A stretch of 64,000 nt of DNA from assembly GCA_037443035.1 (NCBI GenBank), contig JBBIPC010000006.1:129092-193091 (forward strand). Reading direction: 5' to 3'. The notes below the pieces were generated by a model that saw nothing but the letters and a program-made list of their open reading frames with translations, was not told the origin of the DNA and searched no databases. Numbering within the stretch: the stretch's first letter is position 1; every line of letters begins with the position of its first letter. The position numbers and the translations under genes were made by a program. This DNA comes from Chthonomonadales bacterium (GTDB lineage Bacteria > Armatimonadota > Chthonomonadetes > Chthonomonadales > CAJBBX01). Below are positions 55,767-64,000 of this stretch, piece by piece.

Positions 55767-56945
55767 CTAGCGGGTTGCCGCCTGCCAAGCCTTCTTGTAG
55801 AGGTGGATGGCCTTCGGGTAATCGCCCGCCAGACGAGCGGCGTCAGCAGCATCCATGAGCCGCTGCACAGCCGGCAGCCACCTGGCCGGTGCTTCACCGC
55901 GGGCGGTGTCGGCTAGGATGCGGTCGCAATCTACCAACTCGTTCAGGATTGCGGCGACCTGTTCCCGCACGCCAGCCGGGAGCGCCGGAAGGAGCTGGCT
56001 CGCGCGCCTATCGAAGAAGCCCTCGCGCTCGAAAACCTCCTCGCCTCCTTCGCGGCGTACGTGGTTGTCGTCGCGCCAAAGCCTCGGCTTCAGAGCCTTG
56101 TCGAGGTGCTCCAGAGCTTCGCGGAACTGCTTTGCGACCCGGCGATCCGGTATTGCTGGCACAAGACCCTGCAGATCGCTGTACGCGGTTCGCTTGAGCC
56201 CTCTAGCCGATGTCTTGACGATTCTCAGCAAGACGTGCTCGTGGCCATAGACACTTCCCGGATTAGCGAGGTCGAAAGCGTCCACTTGGAACTCCCGAAC
56301 GGAACCATCAGCCATCCCGCGCAGGTCCATCTCTATGGGTATGATGACGCCTTCACCGGGCTCGAGGTGAACGACCTCCTCGATGCGAGGACAGCCATCT
56401 CCCTGGCCAGGGACGCCACCGGCATCTCTGCAATGGCCGACGACCAGGATGTCTAGGGGCGCATTGCCGTTGTTCACGACAGGTACGCCATAGCTGAAGG
56501 TCTCGCCTGCGTTGATCACCTCCAGGTTGATCTGGCCGCGATCGTCGTTGGGGTCGGAGTTCTCGTCGGCGCCGACGATGAGTGCCTCCAAGCAGGTGTG
56601 CGCGCGGTTCTGGAACGTGTAATTGAAAGTAGCAGTGGCCGTTCCCCCCGCCGGGATTGCGGGGATCGTCGCAGTGCCAATCTCCTGCCAGCCCATGAAC
56701 GTAACGCCCCAGTCGTTGAAGGATGCCTTGACCTGGACGTTGGTGGCAGGCGATGTGCCGGTATTGCTTACCGTGATCGTTATCACGGTGTTCTGGCCCA
56801 CGATCGGGTATGCGGGGTTGGCGACGATGGCCCCGTAGCCGTAGAAGGGAATGGCCGGATTGGCCTGTGCGTGCACCAAGCCGGGGAGCGACGCCAAGGC
56901 TAGTAGGTGAAGACCCGCGAGCAAAACGCGTCGTTGTGACTTCAT
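55767..56945 (-). CDS. Secreted protein with a CARDB-like Ig domain and a helical C-terminus
   Basis: Signal peptide ending VHA; 'ITITVSNTG..PATNVQV', 'DEN...ND'; AGGAG RBS. Confidence 0.7.
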   Translation of the reverse strand: MKSQRRVLLAGLHLLALASLPGLVHAQANPAIPFYGYGAIVANPAYPIVGQNTVITITVSNTGTSPATNVQVKASFNDWGVTFMGWQEIGTATIPAIPAGGTATATFNYTFQNRAHTCLEALIVGADENSDPNDDRGQINLEVINAGETFSYGVPVVNNGNAPLDILVVGHCRDAGGVPGQGDGCPRIEEVVHLEPGEGVIIPIEMDLRGMADGSVREFQVDAFDLANPGSVYGHEHVLLRIVKTSARGLKRTAYSDLQGLVPAIPDRRVAKQFREALEHLDKALKPRLWRDDNHVRREGGEEVFEREGFFDRRASQLLPALPAGVREQVAAILNELVDCDRILADTARGEAPARWLPAVQRLMDAADAARLAGDYPKAIHLYKKAWQAATR

Positions 56946-57165
56946 CGTCTTTGTCTCCTAGTTGTGTGTTGGTCTAGCGGATGGGCAGTTCAGGCGCACG
57001 GCATGCCGCGGTGCGCTTGCGGGTTAGCCTACACGACGAGGCGATGTGATTAGCGAGGCTAACAACTCATAGACGGAATAGCCAGATGCTTAGTTCCACT
57101 AAATGCCTGGTTACTGTCCGCGATGCAGCTGATCGCTGCGGGATGCAGTGGGGGCCTGCTGCACG

Positions 57166-58800
57166 CTACCGGTGCAAGATGGGTTCCTTACGCCAGTCCC
57201 GATCCTTCTCGTGCGCGTACTGCTTCACCCGAGGCCGTCGCTCGCGCAACCTGATGGACTCGATCCCAAGGTAATGACCGCTGGAGGCAGGGTTCTTGCC
57301 GATGCAGACTAGACGCAAGGTATACGAGCCAGGCTCGGGCCAGAAGTCGAGAAGATGATACTCCTGGCTTGTCGTCTCTGCGGCGTAGAGATCCATGGGT
57401 TCGCCAATCCTCACGCCATCGAGATAGGCCTGATAGATGCCGAAATCGTAGGACTTGGTGAGGTTCAGTAACAGACGAAGGGGCTCTTTCTCCTTCACCT
57501 CCAAGGGGAACTCCATCCACGCGTTCTCGGAGGCCTCCGGGCGGTAGAGGACCTGCGGGCCTTCGTAGAAGGGTAACTGCTGCGTACTCGCCGGCCCTTC
57601 TCCCCGGGATTTCGGCTCCAGAAAATCTCTGGCGTAGACCACGACGCGCTCCAGGCTCGGGAGTCGCCGCGCCTTACCTTCGGGAGCACGTGCCTGGAAC
57701 GTAGGAGTACCTGTCTGGTACCAGAAGGCAACGCTGGAGTAATCATCCTCACGCTCGTTCCAGCTCATGCTGCGCCGGTCGGGGTTCTCGTCGGGGGAGA
57801 TCCAGCCCCAGTGTTCGAGAGTCACCTTGATGCTCTTCTCGAACACGATAGGATCGTTGATGTGCCAGCGGTAAGCGCTCGTATGGCCGCCGACAATGCC
57901 CCACTGGTCGAAATAGGGTACGCCGAAGTAGGGAGTGCTGGTCCGTTTGAGTCCCCACGCGGAGAGGAAGTAATCCTCCGTACCCGTGCCCCAGATAGAC
58001 GGTTTCTCCTCGCCGTCTATGTAGATCTTCTCGTCTCCCTCGCCAAACCAGCTTGGGCTACGGGTGCGGACAGCAAGAACAGTGCCCACGTAGTGTCCTT
58101 TGCCTTCGGTCTCCAGAATCACGTAGTCCTTGCCGGCCTGAACGGGGTACTCCTGGCGATACTGCGCGTAGAAGTAGGGAGTGTCTTTGGGGAGGCTCTT
58201 GAGCTTCACCCAGTCGATGTTGTAGTACAGCAGGTTGATGGGCTTGTCCCCCTGATTCACGATCTCGACTCGAGCCGACTTGCGGAAGGGCATGCGCCAG
58301 AAGCAGTTGTAGGAGTCACCGTCTTCGACGATCACCGGCAGACTGATCACCTCGCTCCTCTTACCAAAGCAATTCGCGAAGAAGTCGCCGAGAGGTGCTT
58401 CCACCCCTGGTCGCGGGTTGCCATCCCAGTAGATGCGCAGCAGCATATCCTGGTGACTGGCCGAGCCCTGCGGCGCCCATCCCTGCGGCTCGGGGCCCAG
58501 GAAGGTGAACCACATGTGTGTGATCATCCCGGGACCGCGAACATCCATACAGACGTGCGTCTGTCCAGGTGCCACGCGGAAGTTGTCGTAGTTGCTTCGC
58601 TCGGTCCTATCGCCCAGCGGCTCGGCTGCCGGATCGTACTTGCCGTTGCCGCCGAGGCGGAACGTAGAGGTTGCGCGCATGCTCCGACCGCGGTGGGGCT
58701 TAGCCAAGCCTTCCAGCGGGTCGTCAGCTCGTGCAGCTTGCCAAGCGATCAGTAACCCACCGAGAACCGCGCATGGCAGGAAACGGCAAGATGCTCCCAT
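57166..58800 (-). CDS. DUF2961 (GH172-like) protein with an extra C-terminal beta-sandwich domain
   Basis: GPG.ITHMWFT, LRIYWDG..P.VEAPLGDFF, NCFW.MPF, WFGEGDE, GTGTEDYF, YRWH, SSVAFWYQ; signal peptide. Confidence 0.87.
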   Translation of the reverse strand: MGASCRFLPCAVLGGLLIAWQAARADDPLEGLAKPHRGRSMRATSTFRLGGNGKYDPAAEPLGDRTERSNYDNFRVAPGQTHVCMDVRGPGMITHMWFTFLGPEPQGWAPQGSASHQDMLLRIYWDGNPRPGVEAPLGDFFANCFGKRSEVISLPVIVEDGDSYNCFWRMPFRKSARVEIVNQGDKPINLLYYNIDWVKLKSLPKDTPYFYAQYRQEYPVQAGKDYVILETEGKGHYVGTVLAVRTRSPSWFGEGDEKIYIDGEEKPSIWGTGTEDYFLSAWGLKRTSTPYFGVPYFDQWGIVGGHTSAYRWHINDPIVFEKSIKVTLEHWGWISPDENPDRRSMSWNEREDDYSSVAFWYQTGTPTFQARAPEGKARRLPSLERVVVYARDFLEPKSRGEGPASTQQLPFYEGPQVLYRPEASENAWMEFPLEVKEKEPLRLLLNLTKSYDFGIYQAYLDGVRIGEPMDLYAAETTSQEYHLLDFWPEPGSYTLRLVCIGKNPASSGHYLGIESIRLRERRPRVKQYAHEKDRDWRKEPILHR

Positions 58801-58994
58801 TGGGACCTCCAAGGGGGTGCTGTTGTTCAGGACGTGCCGATGCTCTGGTAGTTCCGCCATGAGGCTGCAGAATCCTGCGGGGGCTGAAGGAACCGACCGT
58901 GCGCACACCGTACACTAGTCTCGAAGAGATGTACTCTATGGACGGTCGTAACGTGGAGTACAGTCGCCGCCCGTACCAGGATGGAGGTGGGAGC

Positions 58995-60041
58995 ATGTCA
59001 TGGCGTGTCCTGCAAGCACTGGTTGTTGTGGCCCTTCTGGCTGTCATGGGTTGTGGCGAGACGATTCTCGACTGGTCGCCCGATGGCTCACGGGTTGTCG
59101 TGCAGTGGCCCAGAGATAGCCAGACCACTGTACTACGCGTAGTCAATGTCACGACCGGCGCGTTTCGCACATTACCTGGAAGCAGCGATGCAGGCGTTCC
59201 CGCGTGGTCACCAGACGGACGCTTCATTGCCTTTGCTCGGCACAGTGCACACTCTCGGCCGACAGTCTGTCTGTACGATGTCGAGGCAGGATCCACGCAA
59301 GAGCTACTGAAGGACGCGCATGGCCCGCTCGTTTGGCGGGAGGATAGCGCCCGTCTGCTGGCATTCCGGTCCGATCCAGACCGTGCGGTCAGCCTGACCG
59401 TTCCCGATGGTTACCTGACATGGGAGGCGCAGCTGCCAGGCTCAGTGCTCGAAGACAATGCTGGATGCGCTTGGGTTCCGAATACGGACAACATCATCGT
59501 AAACGTCGGCAATGATCTGTGGATCATCGAGGGGGCCGAAGCCACTAGGCTCACGACCACGGGCGATGTAATAGGTATGCGCTTGTCAACGGATGGAGCT
59601 CGTCTGACGTGGGCGCGAACCTGCAAGGCTTCCGATCTAGCTCCGTTCACGCTCTATTCCATGTCCCTGAAGGAGCGATCGGGCCAGAGGCTGCCGCTGC
59701 CACTCCCAATGGGTCGGATATGTACTCACCGGAACAAGGAACGGCCGGACACCTTCCCTGTGGTCATCGACCCCAACAGCCGACGATTGGTTGTCGGTCT
59801 CAAGTGGACGGGAAGGCGGACTTTTCATGCGCATCTGGTCGCCATGCGGCTCGATGGCAGCGATCAGAGGGCTGTCGCCACGATCGGTCCTGACGAGTTC
59901 GCGATATCGCCATCTTTCAGTCCTGCCGGTCGGCGCCTTGCATTCATCGTAGGAAGCAAGAATCGCATCAGACTCGTTGTGGCCAATGCAGATGGAACCG
60001 GATGCAGGACCGTGATGAGGGGGATCATCAGTGGCCGCTGA
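58995..60041 (+). CDS. TolB-like (PD40 repeat) beta-propeller lipoprotein
   Basis: Lipobox-like 'VMGC'; WSPDG x2; FSPAG. Confidence 0.72.
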   Translation: MSWRVLQALVVVALLAVMGCGETILDWSPDGSRVVVQWPRDSQTTVLRVVNVTTGAFRTLPGSSDAGVPAWSPDGRFIAFARHSAHSRPTVCLYDVEAGSTQELLKDAHGPLVWREDSARLLAFRSDPDRAVSLTVPDGYLTWEAQLPGSVLEDNAGCAWVPNTDNIIVNVGNDLWIIEGAEATRLTTTGDVIGMRLSTDGARLTWARTCKASDLAPFTLYSMSLKERSGQRLPLPLPMGRICTHRNKERPDTFPVVIDPNSRRLVVGLKWTGRRTFHAHLVAMRLDGSDQRAVATIGPDEFAISPSFSPAGRRLAFIVGSKNRIRLVVANADGTGCRTVMRGIISGR

Positions 60042-61425
60042 GCCGGGCGTACGGAAACCTCCCGTCGTCCCGCGTGACGTTGCGGACAAGCTCCTGACGG
60101 AATGCCTAGGCAGGCCGATGGCCTGGGAATGGCTACGGACGCTCTGCGATACCATCGGCGGTCGGGTCAGCGGCACGGAAAGTGGTCGGCGGGCCGAGGA
60201 GTTGGCAGCTGATACACTCCGCCGCCTAGGTCTGGAGCGCGTCCGCTTCGATTCCTTCGAGGTGCCGGTATGGCAGCGGGGACCACTGGACGCGCACATT
60301 ACAGGTTCGTACGGCTGGCGGCTGACGGCCCTGGCTCACGGGTTCTCACCGGCGGAGTGCAATGTCACGGCGCCGGTCATAGATGGTGGCTATGGCATGC
60401 CGGAAGATTACGATCGCCTGGGGAATCTCGTGCAAGGTGCCGCGGTACTGTGCGACGAAGGCGCGCCCCAAGGAAAGCGCACACCGCATCGCACAGAGAA
60501 ACTAGCCTGGGCTGCGGCCCATGGGGCTGCTGGCTTGCTGTTGGGTGGCTCCGCTCCTGGCTATCTGCCTCGGACGGGTGTCTGCCACCCATCCGGGTCG
60601 CCGATTCCTAGCATCGGTCTGGCTCATGAGGATGTCTCGCGCCTACGGCGTCTGCTGGCGGATGGTCTTCGGCCGATCGTGCACATCGAGATGCACAACT
60701 CCCTGTCGGTGGGTGTGGCGAGGAATGTTCTTGCTGATCTTCCGGGTGCCGAACTGAGGGACGAGTTCGTGCTCGCTGGTGCGCACCTGGACTCGTGGGA
60801 TGTGTCTCAGGGGGCAACGGACAACGGCCTCGGCTGCGCCATACTGGTACAAGCGGCTGCCGCATTGGCAGCTTGCGGGAAAACGCCGCGGCGCACGCTC
60901 CGATTCGTCCTCTGGGCAGCTGAAGAGACAGGCTTGCGCGGCTCGAAGCATTACGTTGCTGAACGGCAGGACGAGCTGGAGCGGATCGTGGCCGTCATGA
61001 ACTTTGACATGACCGGCGATCCGCAAGGATACTGGGTGCCGGGCCGCAATGGCGACCATCCCCTCCTCATGTCGCTGGCAAGGGACTTGGCGCCGCTAGG
61101 CATGCGGTCAGAGATCAGCACGCAGCCGAGCTTACATTCGGACCACCAGCCGTTTCTGCTGGCCGGCGTGCCCATCGTCTGTCTCGCCGGGCGTCTGCCC
61201 GATGGAGGTGGTGGGCAATACTACCATTCGTCCGGGGATACGTTCGAGAAAGTGTCCTTGCCAGGGCTCTGCCGCGCGGCCTGCGTGGCAGCGCACACTC
61301 TCTGGGCGTTGGCGGATGCTCCTGAGGCTCCGTACAAGAGCATGAATCGGTCCGACATCACCGCAATGCTGGAACAGGCTGGACTGGCCGATGCGGTGCG
61401 CGCCGAGGAGGGCACAGAACCGTAG
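60031..61425 (+). CDS. M28 metallopeptidase (carboxypeptidase Q-like) with a PA domain
   Basis: GAHLDSW, GATDNG, AEETGL, NFDM, SDH, YHSSGDT. Confidence 0.9.
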   Translation: MAAEPGVRKPPVVPRDVADKLLTECLGRPMAWEWLRTLCDTIGGRVSGTESGRRAEELAADTLRRLGLERVRFDSFEVPVWQRGPLDAHITGSYGWRLTALAHGFSPAECNVTAPVIDGGYGMPEDYDRLGNLVQGAAVLCDEGAPQGKRTPHRTEKLAWAAAHGAAGLLLGGSAPGYLPRTGVCHPSGSPIPSIGLAHEDVSRLRRLLADGLRPIVHIEMHNSLSVGVARNVLADLPGAELRDEFVLAGAHLDSWDVSQGATDNGLGCAILVQAAAALAACGKTPRRTLRFVLWAAEETGLRGSKHYVAERQDELERIVAVMNFDMTGDPQGYWVPGRNGDHPLLMSLARDLAPLGMRSEISTQPSLHSDHQPFLLAGVPIVCLAGRLPDGGGGQYYHSSGDTFEKVSLPGLCRAACVAAHTLWALADAPEAPYKSMNRSDITAMLEQAGLADAVRAEEGTEP

Positions 61426-61447
61426 ACGCACACCGCACCTGTTGCGG

Positions 61448-61453
61448 TATAAT
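61448..61453 (+). promoter_or_regulatory. -10 element (TATAAT) of a probable rplJL promoter
   Basis: Perfect TATAAT about 30 nt upstream of the L10 leader; -35 not convincing. Confidence 0.55.
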
Positions 61454-61485
61454 CCCGGTCGTCATGCTCCGACATGGAGCGACCT

Positions 61486-61543
61486 GCCGAAGACCGCGGG
61501 TGTCTCTGTGACCTAAGGGCCGTAGATGGCCGCCCGCCGAGGG
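61486..61543 (+). promoter_or_regulatory. Ribosomal protein L10 leader (autoregulatory RNA)
   Basis: CCGAAGACCGCGGG...CTAA...CCCGCCGAGG pattern upstream of rplJ. Confidence 0.8.
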
Positions 61544-61659
61544 AGGAGCGATAGAACGCCCAGTGCTGGGTGCGTCCGCGTCTGCCTTCACACCCCCTCG
61601 AATCTCTGCCGGCTGCGCCCCATGTCGTCAGACCAACTCAGAAGGGGGTGAAACAGGCT

Positions 61660-62205
61660 ATGCCAGTGAAAGGCCCGCGTCCGAAGAAAGTGGCCGTCGT
61701 CGCGGAGCTGCGGGAAGCGCTTGGCCATTCCAAGGGCGTGCTGCTGACCAACTACCGCGGGCTGACGGTGGCTGAGATCACGTCCCTCCGCAGGAAACTG
61801 CGCGAAGTCGGGGCTGAATACCACGTCACCAAGAACACACTGCTCGTTCGAGCGTTCGGCGAAGTGCCACCTGGACTCGAGGCATACCTCCAAGGTCCTA
61901 CGGCCATCGCTGTGTGTCGTAATGATCCGGTTCCGGCGGCGAAGGTACTGCTGGATTCGTTTCGGGACCTGCGCAAGCCGGACGTAACCGTCAAGGCGGG
62001 ATACGTAGATGGTCGTGTCCTGGACGGAGACCAGGTTGTAGCACTATCGAAACTGCCGCCACGGACGGTTATCCTCGGCCAGGCCGTCGGTACGATTCAG
62101 GCTCCGCTCAGCAACTTCGTGGGCACACTGAGCGGTGTCCTCAGTGAGTTTGTGCGCACCCTACAGGCCCAAGTCGACAAGCTTCAGGGCCAACCTGCCG
62201 CTTAG
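61660..62205 (+). CDS. rplJ: 50S ribosomal protein L10
   Basis: [28 protein letters not shown]. Confidence 0.96.
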   Translation: MPVKGPRPKKVAVVAELREALGHSKGVLLTNYRGLTVAEITSLRRKLREVGAEYHVTKNTLLVRAFGEVPPGLEAYLQGPTAIAVCRNDPVPAAKVLLDSFRDLRKPDVTVKAGYVDGRVLDGDQVVALSKLPPRTVILGQAVGTIQAPLSNFVGTLSGVLSEFVRTLQAQVDKLQGQPAA

Positions 62206-62225
62206 GAGAGAAAGGACACGAGAGA

Positions 62226-62609
62226 ATGGCAGACATCAACGATATCATCGCCAAGCTGGAGGAGCTATCGGTCCTCGAGCTAGTCGAGCTTACCAAGGCT
62301 ATCCAGGAGAAGTGGGGAGTTTCCGCGGCTCCGGTTGCTGTTGCCGCAGCGGCTGGCCCAGCGGCTCCTGCAGAAGCGGCTGCTCCGGTCGAGGAGAAGA
62401 CCACCTTCGACGCCATCCTCACCAACGTTGGTGACAAGAAGATCCAGGTCATCAAGGTGCTCCGCGAGGTCACGTCTCTGGGCCTGAAGGAGGCAAAGGA
62501 ACTGGTCGAGAGCGCTCCCCAGCCCATCAAGCAGGGCATCCCGAAGGAGGAGGCGGAGCAGATCAAGGCGAAGTTCGAGGCCGAAGGCGCTACCGTCGAG
62601 ATCAAGTAG
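62226..62609 (+). CDS. rplL: 50S ribosomal protein L7/L12
   Basis: LELVEL...[36 protein letters not shown]. Confidence 0.98.
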   Translation: MADINDIIAKLEELSVLELVELTKAIQEKWGVSAAPVAVAAAAGPAAPAEAAAPVEEKTTFDAILTNVGDKKIQVIKVLREVTSLGLKEAKELVESAPQPIKQGIPKEEAEQIKAKFEAEGATVEIK

Positions 62610-62637
62610 GTCAGTCTCTGGACGCTAGGACGAGATC

Positions 62638-62667
62638 CCGGCCTTCCAGATGGAAGGCCGGTTCCTT
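62638..62667 (+). terminator. Probable intrinsic terminator after rplL
   Basis: CCGGCCTTCC-AGAT-GGAAGGCCGG followed by TTCCTT. Confidence 0.65.
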
Positions 62668-62680
62668 CAACGGGAGTGCG

Positions 62681-63891
62681 ATGTACAGGACCCGCCTGAC
62701 TTTCTTCGCGAGACCAATGTTCTTGTGCCTCGTAGCGGCGGGCGCTGGGATAGTGAACGTTTCCTCCAAGCCGCTAGTGCACGCGCCCGCGGCGACGCGG
62801 TACTACGCCCATGATGCTCGACTCGACGCACAGGGCGTCATCGCTCCCTGGTACACGGGACAGAATGGCCAGGTGGACTGGCGCTTGCGCATAGCTGCGG
62901 AGACCCTCAAGCGGTACCCGTGGACGACAACGCCATTGCCAGCCCCTCACTACGTCTTCAACGGCACATGGCGCGTGGATTCGCAGGGCAACATCACCAT
63001 CCCCGCGCTCAGCAACTGGGACAACGGCGATCTCGGCCAGAGGACGGCTTACGTTCTGTCCGGTCTGGTGGACTACTACCGATACACGGGGGACCCCGCC
63101 GCAGTATCGCACATCTGGCTGACTGTAGAGGCCCTACGACGGTATTGCCTGACCGATGATAGACATCCTTGGCCGCGCATCCTCATTAGCGTGCCGACCA
63201 AAGGCAAACCCTACGGCCAGGCGGACCCGCACGGGATGATCCAACTGGACATCGTCGCTGAGGTAGGGATTGGACTTGTGCGAGCCTATCAGCTTGTCGG
63301 CCAGGCAGAGTGGTGGGAATTGGCGAAGCACTGGGCCGATCTCTTTGCCGCGAAGCGACGCACGGACCCCCACCTATCTCCGTGGCCGCGTTACGCCAAC
63401 CCGGAAGACGTGCCGTGGGAGGATCTCCAGACGGGTGGTGTAGTCTTCATCCTCGAGTTCCTCGACGAGGTTATTCGCCTGGGCTATACGGGCCAGAATG
63501 GCGAAGTCCTGCGTGCACGAGATGCAGCCCGCCGGTTTCTGCGCGATGTTCTGCTTCCACGCTGGACGCTGGACGACACCTGGGGGAGGAATTACTGGGA
63601 CTGGAATGACCCCGTCCAAGCAGAGAATGTCACCGAGTTCGTCGCACGGTATCTCATGGCCCATCCAGGGCAGTTTCCCAACTGGCGGACGGATGTACGG
63701 AACATACTCACGCTCTTCCTACATAGGACGTCGGTGGATCCAGGTTCGGGTGGAGGTGTCTTTAGCGGCGCATGGGCATTCCCTGAGTCATCTGGCTGTT
63801 GCGGTCGGTCGCTTTGGTACGGGCCTATGGAGCTCGCTCCTGTCTTCGCGGAACTGGGTCACCGGCTGAAGGATCCGTGGGCATCGGAAGT
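62681..63891 (+). CDS. Secreted hypothetical protein, possibly an (alpha/alpha)-toroid glycosidase-like fold; 3' end unreliable
   Basis: Hydrophobic N-terminus; helical repeats 'YYRYTGDP', 'AYQLVGQAEW..LA'; runs into the poly-G tract. Confidence 0.55.
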
Positions 63892-64000
63892 GGGGGGGGG
63901 GGGGGGGGGGGCGGCCCGGGGCGGGGGCGGGGGCGGCCGGGGGTGGGGTTGTAGAGATGTATAACTGGGGGTGTAGAGCTCGTGAGGGGAGTTGGAGTAT

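Noticed and set aside
63892..64000. 20-nt G run and G-rich tail giving a Gly-rich C-terminus (possible G-quadruplex or phase-variable tract)
   Set aside because: It sits at the extreme end of the window and the coding pattern collapses there; most consistent with a poly-G sequencing or contig-end artefact

Overview
A GC-rich, densely coding bacterial window. The gene content (secretin-containing T2SS-like cluster, several UROD-family and glycoside hydrolase genes, RCC1/Ig-repeat secreted protein) suggests a diderm such as Armatimonadota; this is inference only. In order: argF(partial)-argG-argH-DUF4350-MoxR; two half-type ABC exporters; an RCC1/Ig-repeat secreted protein; ytxH-sigma70-zwf; an 11-gene T2SS/type IV pilus-like cluster (E,F,G,H,I,J,K, PilMN-like, PilO-like, C-like, D). 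Next is a minus-strand cobalamin methyl-transfer cluster of about 9.3 kb (ferredoxin, corrinoid protein, MtaB-family methanol methyltransferase, three UROD/MtaA-fold proteins, stand-alone homocysteine methyltransferase domain, DUF1638, SAM-dependent methyltransferase, Gfo/Idh/MocA oxidoreductase) downstream of a GH2 gene. The rest: GH84-like hydrolase, esterase, TM2 protein, aldo/keto reductase, FmdB-like zinc ribbon, anmK-murJ-large propeller/GH-like protein, Zn/Mn ABC importer, fused L-serine dehydratase plus ornithine cyclodeaminase-family gene, CARDB-like protein, DUF2961 protein, TolB-like lipoprotein, M28 peptidase, rplJ-rplL with an L10 leader, and a final ORF running into a poly-G end. 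The best candidate for an undescribed system is the corrinoid cluster, which looks like a methanol/methoxy-to-homocysteine methyl relay with no folate module and no RACo-type activator in the locus. I saw no rRNA, tRNA, CRISPR array or transposase. All family calls come from motif recognition by eye, not database searches.
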